From the human T2T-CHM13v2.0 reference genome, Homo sapiens: a stretch of 64,000 bases of DNA. The translations under genes and the position numbers were made by a program. Numbering within the stretch: position 1 is the stretch's first letter; each line of letters opens with the position of its first letter. The DNA lies in the NCBI RefSeq assembly GCF_009914755.1, contig NC_060936.1; one strand, written 5' to 3'. A model generated the notes under the pieces. It was not told the DNA's origin and made no database searches. It saw nothing but the letters and a program-made list of their open reading frames with translations. This document shows, in pieces, positions 1 through 12,147 of the stretch.

Positions 1-503
1 GGTGGGGGGAAGCCAGTGAGCCAGAAGTGCTGATTGGTCAGGGATAAAATCATAGAGTCGAAGCTATCTTCTTGTGCTGAGTCAGTTCCTGGGTGGGGGC
101 CACGAGATCAGATGAGCCAGTTTATTGATCTGGGTGATGCCAGCTGATCCATCAAGTGCAGGGTCTGCAAAATATCTCAAGCACTGATCTCAGGAGCAGT
201 TTAGGGAGGGTAGGAATCTTGTAGCCTCCAGCTACATGACTCGTAAACCATAATTTCTAATCTTGTGGCTAATGTTCATCCTACAAAGACAATCTAGTCC
301 CCAGGCAAGAAGGAGGTCTGCTTTGGGAAAGGGCTGTTACTGTCTTTGTGTAAAGTGTAAACTATAAACTAAGTTTATCCCAAAGTTATTTCAGCCTACA
401 CCCAGGAATGAACAAGGACAGCTTGGAGGTTAGAAGCAAGATGGAGTCAGCTAAGTTAGATCTCTTTCACTGTCTCCGTCATAATTTTGCAAAGGTGGTT
501 TCA
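1..503 (-). mobile_element. ERV1 LTR, LTR8-like; 3' LTR of a truncated provirus, runs off the window start
   Basis: Minus strand begins TGAAACCACCTTTGCAAAATTATGA at 503, matching the LTR8-type start as I recall it; directly preceded by a purine tract. Confidence 0.75.
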
Positions 504-1165
504 ATCCCTCCCTTTAGGTTTTATAACACCTTAATCTTAAGGTGTAGATTATGAAGATAGGAAAAGGCTGTGGATCGCTCTGGCTTCTTCCTGCTGACAG
601 GAGACATAGTGGGAATGGGAGTGAACCCCAGGGTGAGAAGAGTGGAACTGCTTTGCAACTGTCTGAGTGTACTCATGCAGGCCTGGTTGAGCTTCCAAGG
701 CTTGCATGGCAGAAACATTAGTACTCTTATCTACAGTTTTACTACAGTGTTTAAGTGAACAGCCTACTGTAAGGTAAATAACGAGTCCTAGGATGAGTAG
801 TACAATTTCCAATTTTAAAAGCAAAGATTTGAAAGCATTAGTTTGGGGACTTCTAATCCACAAAGAATTTAGAATTTAGCTTAAACTGCAGAAAAACACC
901 TCAAAAACAGCTAACAACAGTGTACTATAGTTTTTCTTTTGAAGCATAATTTTTGTCTCTCTAGTCCCCATTTTTATTAAAAACAAATCATGGTAGAACT
1001 AATTTGTTTACAAAATAAACTTTAGTCTTCCTGTACTTGGCCTGATTATTTGCATGAAGTGCAGCAAGAGTAATTATTTTTCACTTAGACTAACAAAGCC
1101 TAAAAATAAAGCCTTCAAAAATTTGGCTTAGATAGGACTCTGTTCCATGAGGAATCTCAGGTAAG
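504..1165 (-). mobile_element. ERV1 internal remnant (MER4-group/HUERS-like) with polypurine tract
   Basis: PPT AAAGGGAGGGAT (504-515, minus) abuts the LTR TG; sequence continues until an Alu poly-T at ~1167. Confidence 0.6.
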
Positions 1166-1166
1166 A

Positions 1167-1276
1167 TTTTTTTTTGAGATGAAGTCTCGCTCTTATCACC
1201 CATGCTGGAGTGCAATGGCATAATCTTGGCTCACTGTAAATTCCGCCTCCCGGGTTCAAGCGATTCTCCCGCCTCA
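1167..1276 (-). mobile_element. Alu fragment (tail plus part of right arm only)
   Basis: T-run + GAGATGAAGTCTCGCTCT...CCCGGGTTCAAGCGATTCTCCCGCCTCA, then abrupt stop. Confidence 0.85.
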
Positions 1277-1279
1277 CAA

Positions 1280-1430
1280 CATGCAATGAAGTAAGTGCCA
1301 TTATTATCTCCATTTTAAAAATGAGAAACCTGAGGCATGAAGAGGTTATATAACATTCTCAGCAGGGAGATAACAGAGGCAGGACCCCACCAAGCAGTCT
1401 TTCTCCAAAGCTAGTGTACCTAATCATCAC
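1280..1430 (-). mobile_element. MIR fragment
   Basis: ATTATTATCTCCATTTTAAAAATGAGAAACCTGAGGC MIR core. Confidence 0.6.
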
Positions 1431-2169
1431 TCAAGCCGATACCTAAGGCTGGTGGTGAGAAGAGGTGCTGTATTTCTAACAGGCTCTATTATTGGTGAAA
1501 ATTTGCTTTCTGCTGTGAATTGACCTTTTCATTGTTGTGATCAGGTCTTGTGGCCATTAGGGTAAGGTTGTTCTGTTGGCATTGAGTTTTTTTTATACAA
1601 ACACAAAAAGAAAGTAAAAAGACTCTAATTTGAGGAAAGACCTCTTTATGGTCATTGGCTTGATAATAGTAAGAGTATAGGATCTATGAATTCCTGGACC
1701 TGTCCACCTGACTTGAGGGATGTTGAGAGCTACCCAAAGAAGCAGAAAGAGGAAGGATATACAGTTTGGGGACTCAAAGAGAGAGGAAAACATGGAGCTA
1801 GATAGTCCATTTATATAGTTATTGTAATATCTACTTTCTATTGAATCAAGGAATTAGAAGAAATGTTTGTAAAACTTTTATTATCACCATCCTGTTGGGA
1901 AGATTTAAACCAGTGAGTTAATTCTTAATTTATTCTGGAGAGGAGGAAAGAAAGTAGATGAAATAAATATTATGAAATTCCCAAGATGCCTAATTTTTCT
2001 GTTCAGCAGAAAAGAAAAAACTGCACATTATAATTTTACCTAATAATGTGGGTTTAATACACAAGAATATGAAGGAGTGAGTGCACTTTTTAATATTCTT
2101 CTCCTACAGTAATTTTATTCATTCTCAGAAATTAACCTTTATTTTTTCATTCACATTTTTTATTTTTTG

Positions 2170-2860
2170 CTCCATTTGTATTCATTTGTTCACTCATGCA
2201 TTTAGGCACCTATTGAATAAATACTTTTCAAGTGTTCCCTATCTGCCATGTATTGTTCTAGGTGCCATGAATACTAACTAAATAAGACAAGCAAGATTCC
2301 TACCCCACAGAGCTTATAGTCTAAGAAGGGTGGAGGTTATATGAAGTTAGATTCAATTGTCATATAAATAAATAAGATAAATGGAGATAATAATAAGTTA
2401 CATGAACAATAAAACTGGGTAATGTGTTGAAGAAGGACTGGTTGGGGGAGTATTTTAGATTGAATAGTCTGAGATTATGTGACAAATAAATAGTGATTGG
2501 TTGAATGAATGAATGAGTGGTTAGGGAAGATACATGATAAAAGGTAGCATATGATAAATGTAATGGTAAGATTTGAAATAAAGTCCTCTATAGTCATAAT
2601 AAAGGAAAATATACAACTGAAAAAAAATTTTAAATGTCCTTGAAGCTAGATAGGGTTTTGATAGATGAAGATGGTAGGGTAAGGGCATTGTTGGCTGAGA
2701 AAATAAAATGAGTAAGAGGAAAAGCAAAAGGGAACACCCACTGTGTCCAGTCAAGGGAATGAAGAACAGAGGAATGGAGGAAGGATAAGGGGAAACAGCT
2801 ATTTGGAAGCAGAGAAAACAAATTGAGGCCAGATCATGGTGGGCCTTAAATACCATGAAA
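2170..2860 (-). mobile_element. Degraded L2 fragment(s)
   Basis: CATT-repeat start, TATTG...CTATCTGCCA..TATTGTTCTAGGTGC..AATAC motif; GGCCAGATCATG at far end. Confidence 0.5.
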
Positions 2861-2899
2861 CAAGTTTTAATTAAAAAATTTTTTTTTCAGGCTAAGGCT

Positions 2900-3693
2900 T
2901 GAAAAGACATTTGTCTAAAGATGATATACAAATGACCAACAACATATGAAAGGATGCTCAATATCACTAATCATGAGAGAAATGCAAATCAAAACTACAG
3001 TGAGATATCACATCATACTCATTAGATTGACTCCTATACAGAAAGTAGAAAATAACAAGTGCTGGTAAGGATGTGGAGAAATTGGAGCCCTTGTGCACTG
3101 TTAGTAGGACTGTAAAATAGTGCAGCAGCTAGGAAAAACAGGATGGAGATTCTACACACACACAAATAAAAACTCAGCAATTCACTTCTAGGTATATATC
3201 CAAAAGAACTGAAAACATGGTCTCAAAGAGATAATCGTACAACCATATTCACACAGCACTATTCACAATAGCCAAGAGGCTGAAGCAACCCAAGTAAATG
3301 ATTAGGCAAAATATGGTATATACATGTACAGGACTGTTATTCAGCTTTAAAAAGGAAGGAAGTTCTATCACATGCTACAACATGGGGGAATCTTGTGGAC
3401 ATTATGCTAAATGAAATAAGCCAGTCACAAAAAAGCAAATACTGTATAATTCCACTTATATAATGTATCCAAAGTTGTCAAATTCATAGAAACAAAGTAG
3501 ACTGGTGGTTAGTTGGAACTAGGGGTTGGAGAAAAAGGAGAGTTTAATGGACATAGAGTTTCAGATCTGCCAGATAAAGTTCTGAACATCTGCTTCATAA
3601 CAATATGAATATAGTTAACATTACTGAACTGTACACATAAAAATGTTAAAGATGGTAAATTTTATGTTATGTGTTTTTTACCAAAATAAAAAA
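2900..3693 (+). mobile_element. Old L1 3' end (L1MB-like)
   Basis: ORF2 end motif GAAATGCAAATCAAAACTACAGTGAGATATCA; 3'UTR ending GATGGTAAATTTTATGTTATGTG..AAATAAAAAAG. Confidence 0.8.
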
Positions 3694-3819
3694 GAATTCA
3701 GTAACTTAAGTCCTCAAAATATTTATGCTGCTTTGTAATAAACTTCTAAGGGGTTGTGTGTGTATATGTGTATGTGCATGTGCATGTGTGTATGTGTGTC
3801 AGGTTGTAAAATATATGTA

Positions 3820-4243
3820 TAGAAGGTCCCTGCCTTATGAGAGTTTGACCTACGATTTTTCAACTTTGCCATTGTGTGGAAGTGATATGCATCCAGTAGA
3901 AACTGTACTTCCAGTTTCCAATTTTGAACTTTGATCTTTTCCTGGGCTAGAGATATGCAGTATGATACTCTCTTGCACTGCTAGGCAGCATCAGTGAGCC
4001 TCAGTTCCCAGTCAGCCACTGATCAGAAGGGTAAACAACTAATACTCTACAGTGCACTATGATGCTAGATGATTTTGCCCACCTGTAGGCTAATGTAATG
4101 CAACCGAGCACATTTAAGGTAGGCGAGACTAAACTATGATGTTTGGCAGGTTAGGTATATTAAATGTACTTTTGATTCATGATATTTTCAACTTACTATG
4201 TGTTTATCAAAATGTAACCCCCTCTTAGGTCAAGGAGCATCTG
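3820..4243 (-). mobile_element. Tigger-derived MITE (MER47-like)
   Basis: Imperfect TIRs TAGAAGGTCCCTGCCTTA / TAGGTCAAGGAGCATCTG flanked by TA on both sides. Confidence 0.7.
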
Positions 4244-5899
4244 TAGCTGCTTGGATCTACATTAACCTCATTTATCTATACCCTACCTATGTGAGTCTTG
4301 GAAACTTGTCTCATATAAACAATGAGCTAGCCTAAAAAAGGGGACTTTGACAATTGCTTCATCGGTCTTTGTCACTCTGGAAATATCAGCATCTGCATGT
4401 TGAAAAAGGTCTCATTATATTAGCTTTCCATAAGCTGTCACCTGATTATAAGACCTCTTTTGCACCTTCCCAGGTGAGTCATCAGAAAATTCTTTAGTTT
4501 TATACATTTGTAGGTCCAATGCATTTTAATTAAATTTAATATATTTAATATATACAAATTAAATATACTTCATATATAAGGTTACCCCTTATTTATATGG
4601 ATTAAACTGACTAAAATTAAATGATATAGCCAAGTTAATATTATTTCATGTTTATCAGTATTTCATTGCTTCATTGCTACATAATCTGTTTTTAGGTATA
4701 ATATTAAATCACATAAAAACTCATAAGTGAATACTTAATCTTTTTGTTTCTATATTGGGTCACAAGTACTGAGACAAATTATGTAACTTTAAATATTATT
4801 AACTTTGGAATCCTTGTTTATAACACAACTATAATTGTTTATTTTTCTTTTGCTTTTTAGAACTTTCCTGCTATGTTTATCTGAGTTTTGTGGTAACATA
4901 CGAGACTTACCTTTGAATGTATAAAACTGGCTAGTTTTACATGATCTGAACTTGAGAAGCGGTTTCTTAGGTTTCAAGACAACATGCTAAATACATAGGA
5001 CCATCTACTGGCAAAGGATGATATAGTCCTAAGGACTGGTTTTGTTGGAACTTGTAATAGCCCAAGTTAAAGATCATGAAGATTGTGAAGCCCAAAAGTG
5101 TATTATTGAGGGAATCCTGCTGCCAGAATATGCTTATCACTTAAATTGCAACAGAGTGGTCTTAGATAGAAAATACAAGAGCTGAGAAGATACTACAAAA
5201 CAAGTAAGTCATTTATATGGAGTCACAACATCTAACTGGCATACATTTGTTTAATATTGATATAGTAAAATATTTCATGAGGGCTCTGACAAGGACTGTC
5301 TTGTTAATCTCTGAATCCCTAGCATAGCAACTGGTACATGGAAGTGTCAACAAGTATTTACTGAATCAGTGAATGAATAATGACAACCAGGGCCTCAAAA
5401 CTTTTGAAAATTTGCCTTATATTCTCCCTCTCCCATAGGACCACACCCATAATTTAAAATAAAAAAAATACAAAGTGTAACATAAGTTCCCTTTTTAGAT
5501 GAAAAGTGCATCTATCTGTTTGGTTAACCAGAAACCTTGAGTCAGTAAAAATTATACTTAATATTTACGTTAAAAATAGTAATAATGAAAAATGACCTAA
5601 ACTAATTAAAAGAAGGTTATGTGGACTTGCATAGGCTTTATAATCAAATATTGCTCATGTCAAATTTCAGCTCTATAGTTTGGGTATTGTATGAGGTTGG
5701 ATTAATTACTTAACCTTTCTCTCCTCATTTTCCTCTTTTATTAAATTAGCATTTTGTTTATACCCTACAAAGATTTGGTGAAGTCTGTAAATGCAATGAT
5801 TTGTGCCTACTTGGTAAGTACTAATAATAAATCCAGCTGTTGACTTTTTGTCTGACTGAGGGCATTCATTTTCCTAATTTTCAATGGTCACAAGCATCT

Positions 5900-8800
5900 T
5901 CGGACAGGGACCAAATTTTATTTAGTAATAGAACTTAGCACAGTGCCTGGCATAGGTAGATACTTATTAAATGTGTTGTATTAATAAAGAAAATTAATAT
6001 TTAAATAACTATTTGGTGACTATTGTCTATAGTTCTACACACGGTTATATACAATACAATGTCTAAGTAAGGCGTATATAGACATATACCCAACATGGCC
6101 ATTTGCAGTATAGAAACAGGGTATTTTGTAAAAATGGAATAATTTGTAATTCCTTTGATTAATCTAGTCTTTTTCTTAATGGTTAAGGAATTCATAAGGA
6201 ATGATGAGTTCAAGTAAATACACATCAGATGGAAATTATATTATAATGTACTCACACACAGCCACAATTTCATTTAGCTACATAATGATTTTTACCTTTA
6301 AGGACATTTTTCTCATTCATTTTCATTAATACAATTCTGGCTTATAAATAGACCATTGGTTTTGAAAATTTCACAATATGAAATGTAAACCAGCCCTGAA
6401 CTTGGTAGTCAGGAAAAGCATCAACAATGAAGAAGAAATTGGTTTTTAAAAAAATATTTTATACATCCACCTGAAGGCGCTCATGTGGCAAAACATATTC
6501 AACCCCAAAACATATTCAACATATCTAAATGTATATAATCAGAACTGTAAATAGCCTAGGCTATGTGAAAGTACTTTTCACTTCTAAATGAGGACAATTT
6601 TGCCCATAAAGTAATTATATCAAAGTCATCTTTTTAAATCAATGATTTAATAACCTTTACCATCATTTTATGCATATATTAGAAGTGTGTAACATTCTCT
6701 GGACTTGGGTTTCAATGTGTAACAGATTTTCCTAGACTCATTGAATCAAAAAGCTATTCCAAACATATTAGAATAAGATGAATCTATTGCCAAATATGAA
6801 ACTATACTTGGAACCAATGTTTCAAATAAAAACTAGGATATTCATTTATGCCTTTACTGACAGACCAAAACTTGAGACAAAAACCAAATTTCTATCAAGA
6901 GAAAACCATTCCCACTGTAAACAAATGTAAATTTGAGTTGAGTTTTAAGGTATATCATTCTTCTTGAGATTATTTCAGAGGGATTATTACACATTATCCT
7001 GCTTACAAGAACACAAACTGTTTTAGACTCATGCTTGGCATAACATTACATGCTGTAGAAATATAATGCAACGTTTTCATAGAATCCAACTTATTTTTCA
7101 AGTTTAAGAGTTAACCTAAAGAATGCACATTTTAAACTCAAGCTCCATAAACTTATAGCTTTTTGTTTGACCAAAAATATGTCAAACGTTTGGGCAAATA
7201 GATATAACATGGTAAAAGTAGTTTGAAACTTGAAATATTCTTTCTTTTTTCCTTTCCTCATCTATCCCTTGCTGTATTCAAAAATGGCTAGTTTCTCAGT
7301 CTTTTTCATGTTTTCCGTAAAATATAAGAGTAGTAAAATATGGTATACCCATTGGACCATTTGGAAACAATTGAATGGTACATAAATACAAGTTCAAATC
7401 AGAGATGTTTTCCCTTCCAAGTTAAGGATGTTGGTCCTGAAAAATAAATTCAGAAAACAAATAGGCACAAAAAGCTCATGGAAAACATGTGCATATTAGA
7501 ACTTTAACATTTAAATTACAGTGTACATAGTTTTTAATACAGAATTTTAGGCATCTTTGAATCCTGTGCATCATAAATAATGAGTCTTTTTTGCTTTAGC
7601 TCATGGGTAAAATATATTAAATACTGACTAATTACAAATCTAATATTTGTTTTGGCATTCTTTTCAATGTTTCAAAACAAAATTATCAGGTTGTTTTAAA
7701 ATTATGTTTTATTTTTATATTATGAAAATTAAGGCATGAAAATTATACACATCTTTCACATGAGGATTTTTCATTTTCTTCTTGTACCTTTAAAAGTTAA
7801 CTTAAAACACTTGCCTCAGACTTTTGCCCTTGTAGCAGTATAAACTGGATAATCACTTATGTAGAAAAGATTAATGAATAATTTTTAGCAAGTTTAAGTT
7901 TTGGTTCCATGCTTCTTAAAAAAAAATCTTTAATTCCTGCCTCACTTTTCTAACAGGAAATATTAGTAACTGATGAATAAGTAGGTGATAATACTAATGA
8001 AAACGTTGGACAAATGTACTGATTATAATTTTATATTGCATTCCTTCATGTAAGTTGGTTACATTTATTGAAAATTAAAAATACACTAGCTATCATGGCA
8101 GAATTGAAAATGTAGAAATGTTATGATGTTCTATAACGATCATTATGAATGACTTCCAGGTACTCTATCACCTGAAAAGTCTAAGAATCACAGACTTAAC
8201 ATCTATTATGGCTGTGTCTCAACAGGCAAATAAAATCCTAGGCCACTAACAACTGATCATTCCAATATTCTTCTGGTATGTCAATGTGGTATCACAGGCA
8301 GCAAGAGATAAAGTTTCAGTCTTGGCTTTCCAGCTCCAGTGCACACAAATAGAATAAAATCTATTTCATATGACTAGTCCATATAGATTATTTCTCATTA
8401 TGTTCAATAAATATTAACTTTACCAAAACCATAATTATTTGCCCTTCTCATTGCTAATGCCTTAGAGGTACATTAATATTGAGTAAGACTGCATAGTTGC
8501 TGAATGATTTACTAACTTTCTCATTTCATTTTAAGCCGCAGAACAATGATCTTTGCACTTTGTACTTAATTTTCATTTCTTGTAAACAATAACCAAATAA
8601 CAATAAGACTAACATTATGAAATTTATTTTATTTTCTACACTTCGTCTAACTTTTATTGCTATTATAGCCCAGTTTGATTTAAAGGATAATAACAAAAGA
8701 GCACTAAACCAGAGAGTCAGGAGAACTTCATTTGATTTCTCGATCTTTCCTTAAGTAAAGTGCATGATTAGGGCAAGTCTGAGTGTCAATTTTCTCAAAA

Positions 8801-9777
8801 GCAAAGTAGGAAAAATAGTATTTGTTTCAAAACATTGTCATCAACATTAAGGTGAAATGATGTAAATGGGGATTGTAAATTATAAAGTACTATTCCAATG
8901 TATGTTATTACTATGATTCTCAGAATCCTTAAGTTCCTTTATACCATTGCAGTTCTTAAAATGTAGACTCATCCTTGGGCAAAAAAACAAGCTGTGTATT
9001 TCTGAACAGAAGTTGCAATAGGTAATTCTGCTAAGGAAATTATCAGGTTGAGACATTGTTTGGATACTCCTTTTCTGTATTGGCAATTCTCTTTTTAAAA
9101 TGAAAGGATTTATTAAAAATATTTAAGATTTGTACTAAAATTAATTTGTTATATGCCCTCATTAAGATGCTTAAAGTCCAAAATTTAAAAATATGGCATT
9201 TTATACATTTTAGCCATGCTTTTTTCTTTCAACAAATGCCATTAAAACAATTTTTATATTGAAATTATTTATAAAACTGTCAGCTATTTTGTACAGGTTT
9301 AGTTGGCCACTAGCAATAATCAATTTGAATTCTAGCTATTAAACCTAATATCAACCATAAATGGACTAAATGTCACTCAAAGTTTGAATCTTATGCACTT
9401 GGTATCAACCCAAATGCTGCTCAGTTTAACTTGTTTCATTTCCAGAATATTGCCCATGTTTGTTAAGAACTTCAGACACACCACATATACATAGTAAATC
9501 TGGTATTCATCATGAATTCACCTAGAAAATCCTGTTTTACAAGTGCATTAGGCCTTCACTAGGAATTAGTATAAGTCATAATGACTGACCTTACATAATG
9601 CATTTGTTTATTTTCTTCTGAAAAGTCAGATCATATACTTCCTTAATGCTAAAATCTTATAAAACATGTCTTGCTGCCTTTTTTTCTCTGTGCTTAGCTT
9701 AACATACTTCATGCAGTATAACAGAATGTCTTTGAGCCTTTATCTAATAATTAACTTTTAAAATATGTCAAAACAAA
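5900..9777 (-). other. ABCD2: ABCD2 3'UTR (last exon, non-coding; distal end inferred)
   Basis: Follows TAA stop at 9778-9780; AU-rich, lacks young repeats; candidate AATAAA at 5917-5922 (minus). Confidence 0.6.
5917..5922 (-). terminator. Candidate distal polyadenylation signal AATAAA
   Basis: TTTATT on plus; several proximal AATAAA also exist (e.g. 8064-8069), so usage is inferred. Confidence 0.4.
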
Positions 9778-9997
9778 TTAAGATGTCTCATCTTCATTTT
9801 TAATTGTTTTCAGCACTGAGTCTTCTCCCAAAATTTTACATAGTTCATTGAGTCTCTGCTGCATTTTGGGAATTCCAGCTAGCTGAGATTCTAGCTTTTG
9901 TTTTTCTTCACTCAATGTCAAACGGATAGCAGTATCCAATTGTTCAAAGCGCCAACCTCCTTCACCATCAAACTGTAATAAATGTGTGTGGTATTTC
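9778..9997 (-). CDS. ABCD2: ABCD2 exon 10 coding part ([21 protein letters not shown]...KNEDETS*)
   Basis: Acceptor CAG|G at 9998-10000; 1+219 nt; TAA at 9778-9780; matches recalled ABCD2 C-terminus. Confidence 0.97.
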
Positions 9998-10894
9998 CTG
10001 CATAATTAAAATGAAATAATATTATTAGCCATAATGTTGAAAAATCATTTTAGTTGTAGGTTTATCATTCAAATTGATACCCAAAGGCAAATTTTAAGTA
10101 GGTGCTATTTTACATTTGAGTTTTAAGGACATATCAAAAAGTTAAATACTGTGATTTTTTTAAAACCCAAAAGTCATTAATCTGATCTTTAGGAAAATAT
10201 TATTATTTTTTTCATATTCTGGATGTATATTAACTGTAAAGGAAGACATGCTGTTGCATGTATTTAATTTCTTCATAACTCAATTTGGCTCCTGAATAAA
10301 TAGTAAGGCATTCTTAGGATGGGAGTAAGGAAAGGAAGCTGAGGAAAGAAAATCAACATTAAAAGGTCATAGAAAAACTAAGGAAAATAAAGGAAATACA
10401 ATAGCAACTCATTAATACACCATCCTTTGGGAATGAGTTCTTCTGCATAAGTAAAATTTTCTCAATAATAAATATAGTTTAAAAACATTTTAAAAAACAA
10501 CTCTTTGATAGAAGAAATTTTTTAAAGATACTTCCACATTTTTATATGATTTAATCTCTTTCTTATGGCTCAGTTTCATAATTAGGAACTTCACAGAGGT
10601 ACAGAGATTATTTTACTGATGAGATAGGAGATGATCCACCTTGTCCTAAAGGAGGCTGAGGTCACCATTCTGTCGGCTTTGTGGGGGATATTTGGTGAAA
10701 GAAAAGTTGGCAGAGCTGGTCCTGCATGGCTGAACCACCTGCATTTTTTCACTGCTGAACTGGCCTATATTCTTATGTGTCCTCAATTTTTCTGCCTTCC
10801 CTTATAGTTTTTCTCACTTCTTGCTTCCTTTTAAGATCTGGTCTGTCATTGTTAACTATGATCGGTGGGCTTTTTTCAAGCAGTTTCCTCCTGC

Positions 10895-11200
10895 TTTTTA
10901 AAAAATTGAGAGATAATTCACATACCATAAGTTCATCCTTTAAAGCGTAAAATTCGATGATTCTTAGCATACTCACAAGCTCATGCAACCATCACCAGTA
11001 ATTTCAGAACATTCTCTTCAACCCCAAAAGAAACCCAATACCCATCAGCAGTCTTTCTCCATTTCCCTTTCCACCCAGCCCCTGACAACCACTAATCTCC
11101 CCTCTCTCTATAGATTTCTCTATTATAGACATTTCATATACATGGAATTATAGAATATGTGGCCTTTTGTGACTGACTTCTTTTACTTATACAAATGATT
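10895..11200 (-). mobile_element. Old L1 3'UTR fragment (L1MB-like)
   Basis: GAGATAATTCACATACCATAA...CCCCTGACAACCACTAATCT...GACATTTCATATA. Confidence 0.7.
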
Positions 11201-12147
11201 TCAACGCACAGAGGGTGGAGGAAGATGGTGGAATAGGACTCTACAGTGATCATCCGCTTGCAGGAAAACATCAAAATTACCTACACACAAAAATACCTCT
11301 ACCTCTACAGAAGCTAAGGAAACCAGGCAAGAGTTCACAGTATCTGGTTACAGAATATTAATAAGAAAATAGTCATTGGAGTGGGTAGGAAGTGCAGTTT
11401 TACATTCTCCAAGTCACCCATGTCCCAACCACAAAGTGCACAGCTCAGAGAGAAATACCATCTACTTGGGGAAAAGAGAGGGATGTAAGCATAAGAGTTT
11501 GCATTGGAACACACTACCAGGCCTGCCACAGTAAAACCCAGCACTAGACAGACTCCTACAGACCCTCACTTCTGCTGGTACCTGCAGACTGAGCCTCTGA
11601 ACCTGCCTCAGTGCCAGACAGAAACCTGTTGTCCCTGTCAGACAAACTCAATTTCTGGTCTGCATCACCACGAACCAACAAACTATAGAAGCCATGGGCT
11701 CCAAATAGCCCACAGTGGCAGGCAGGACTCAGTGGCTGGGGGCTCAGATTTCAGCTCAGCACTGTGCCAGCCTTGGTGGTCAAGGGATTCCACCCTGACA
11801 CTGCACCATCCACCATCGTCCTGGGCTTAGAGTGCTCTTGGTGTTGCAATAGCTGCAGCAATCACTATCTTAGAAACCACAACAGGTGACCTGCCTAGAA
11901 TTTCTGGATAGGCTTACTGTCAAAGAACTTTTCTCAGACAAAGCTAGACTATGCAAACTGGAATAAATTTCTAGGTCTTTAATGTGTAGACATCAATTCA
12001 TGACCAGAAGGATCAAGAACAATCAGGGAAATGGGACTCACCAAATGGACAGAATAAAGTGCCAGTGACTGACTCTAAAAAGATGGAGATGTTTGACCTG
12101 CCTGACAAAAAAATTAAAATAGTTGTTTTTAAAGTAAGCTTAATGAA

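Noticed and set aside
521-863. ORFs in the ERV internal remnant as env-like genes
   Set aside because: Short, with no recognisable env, gag or pol motifs.
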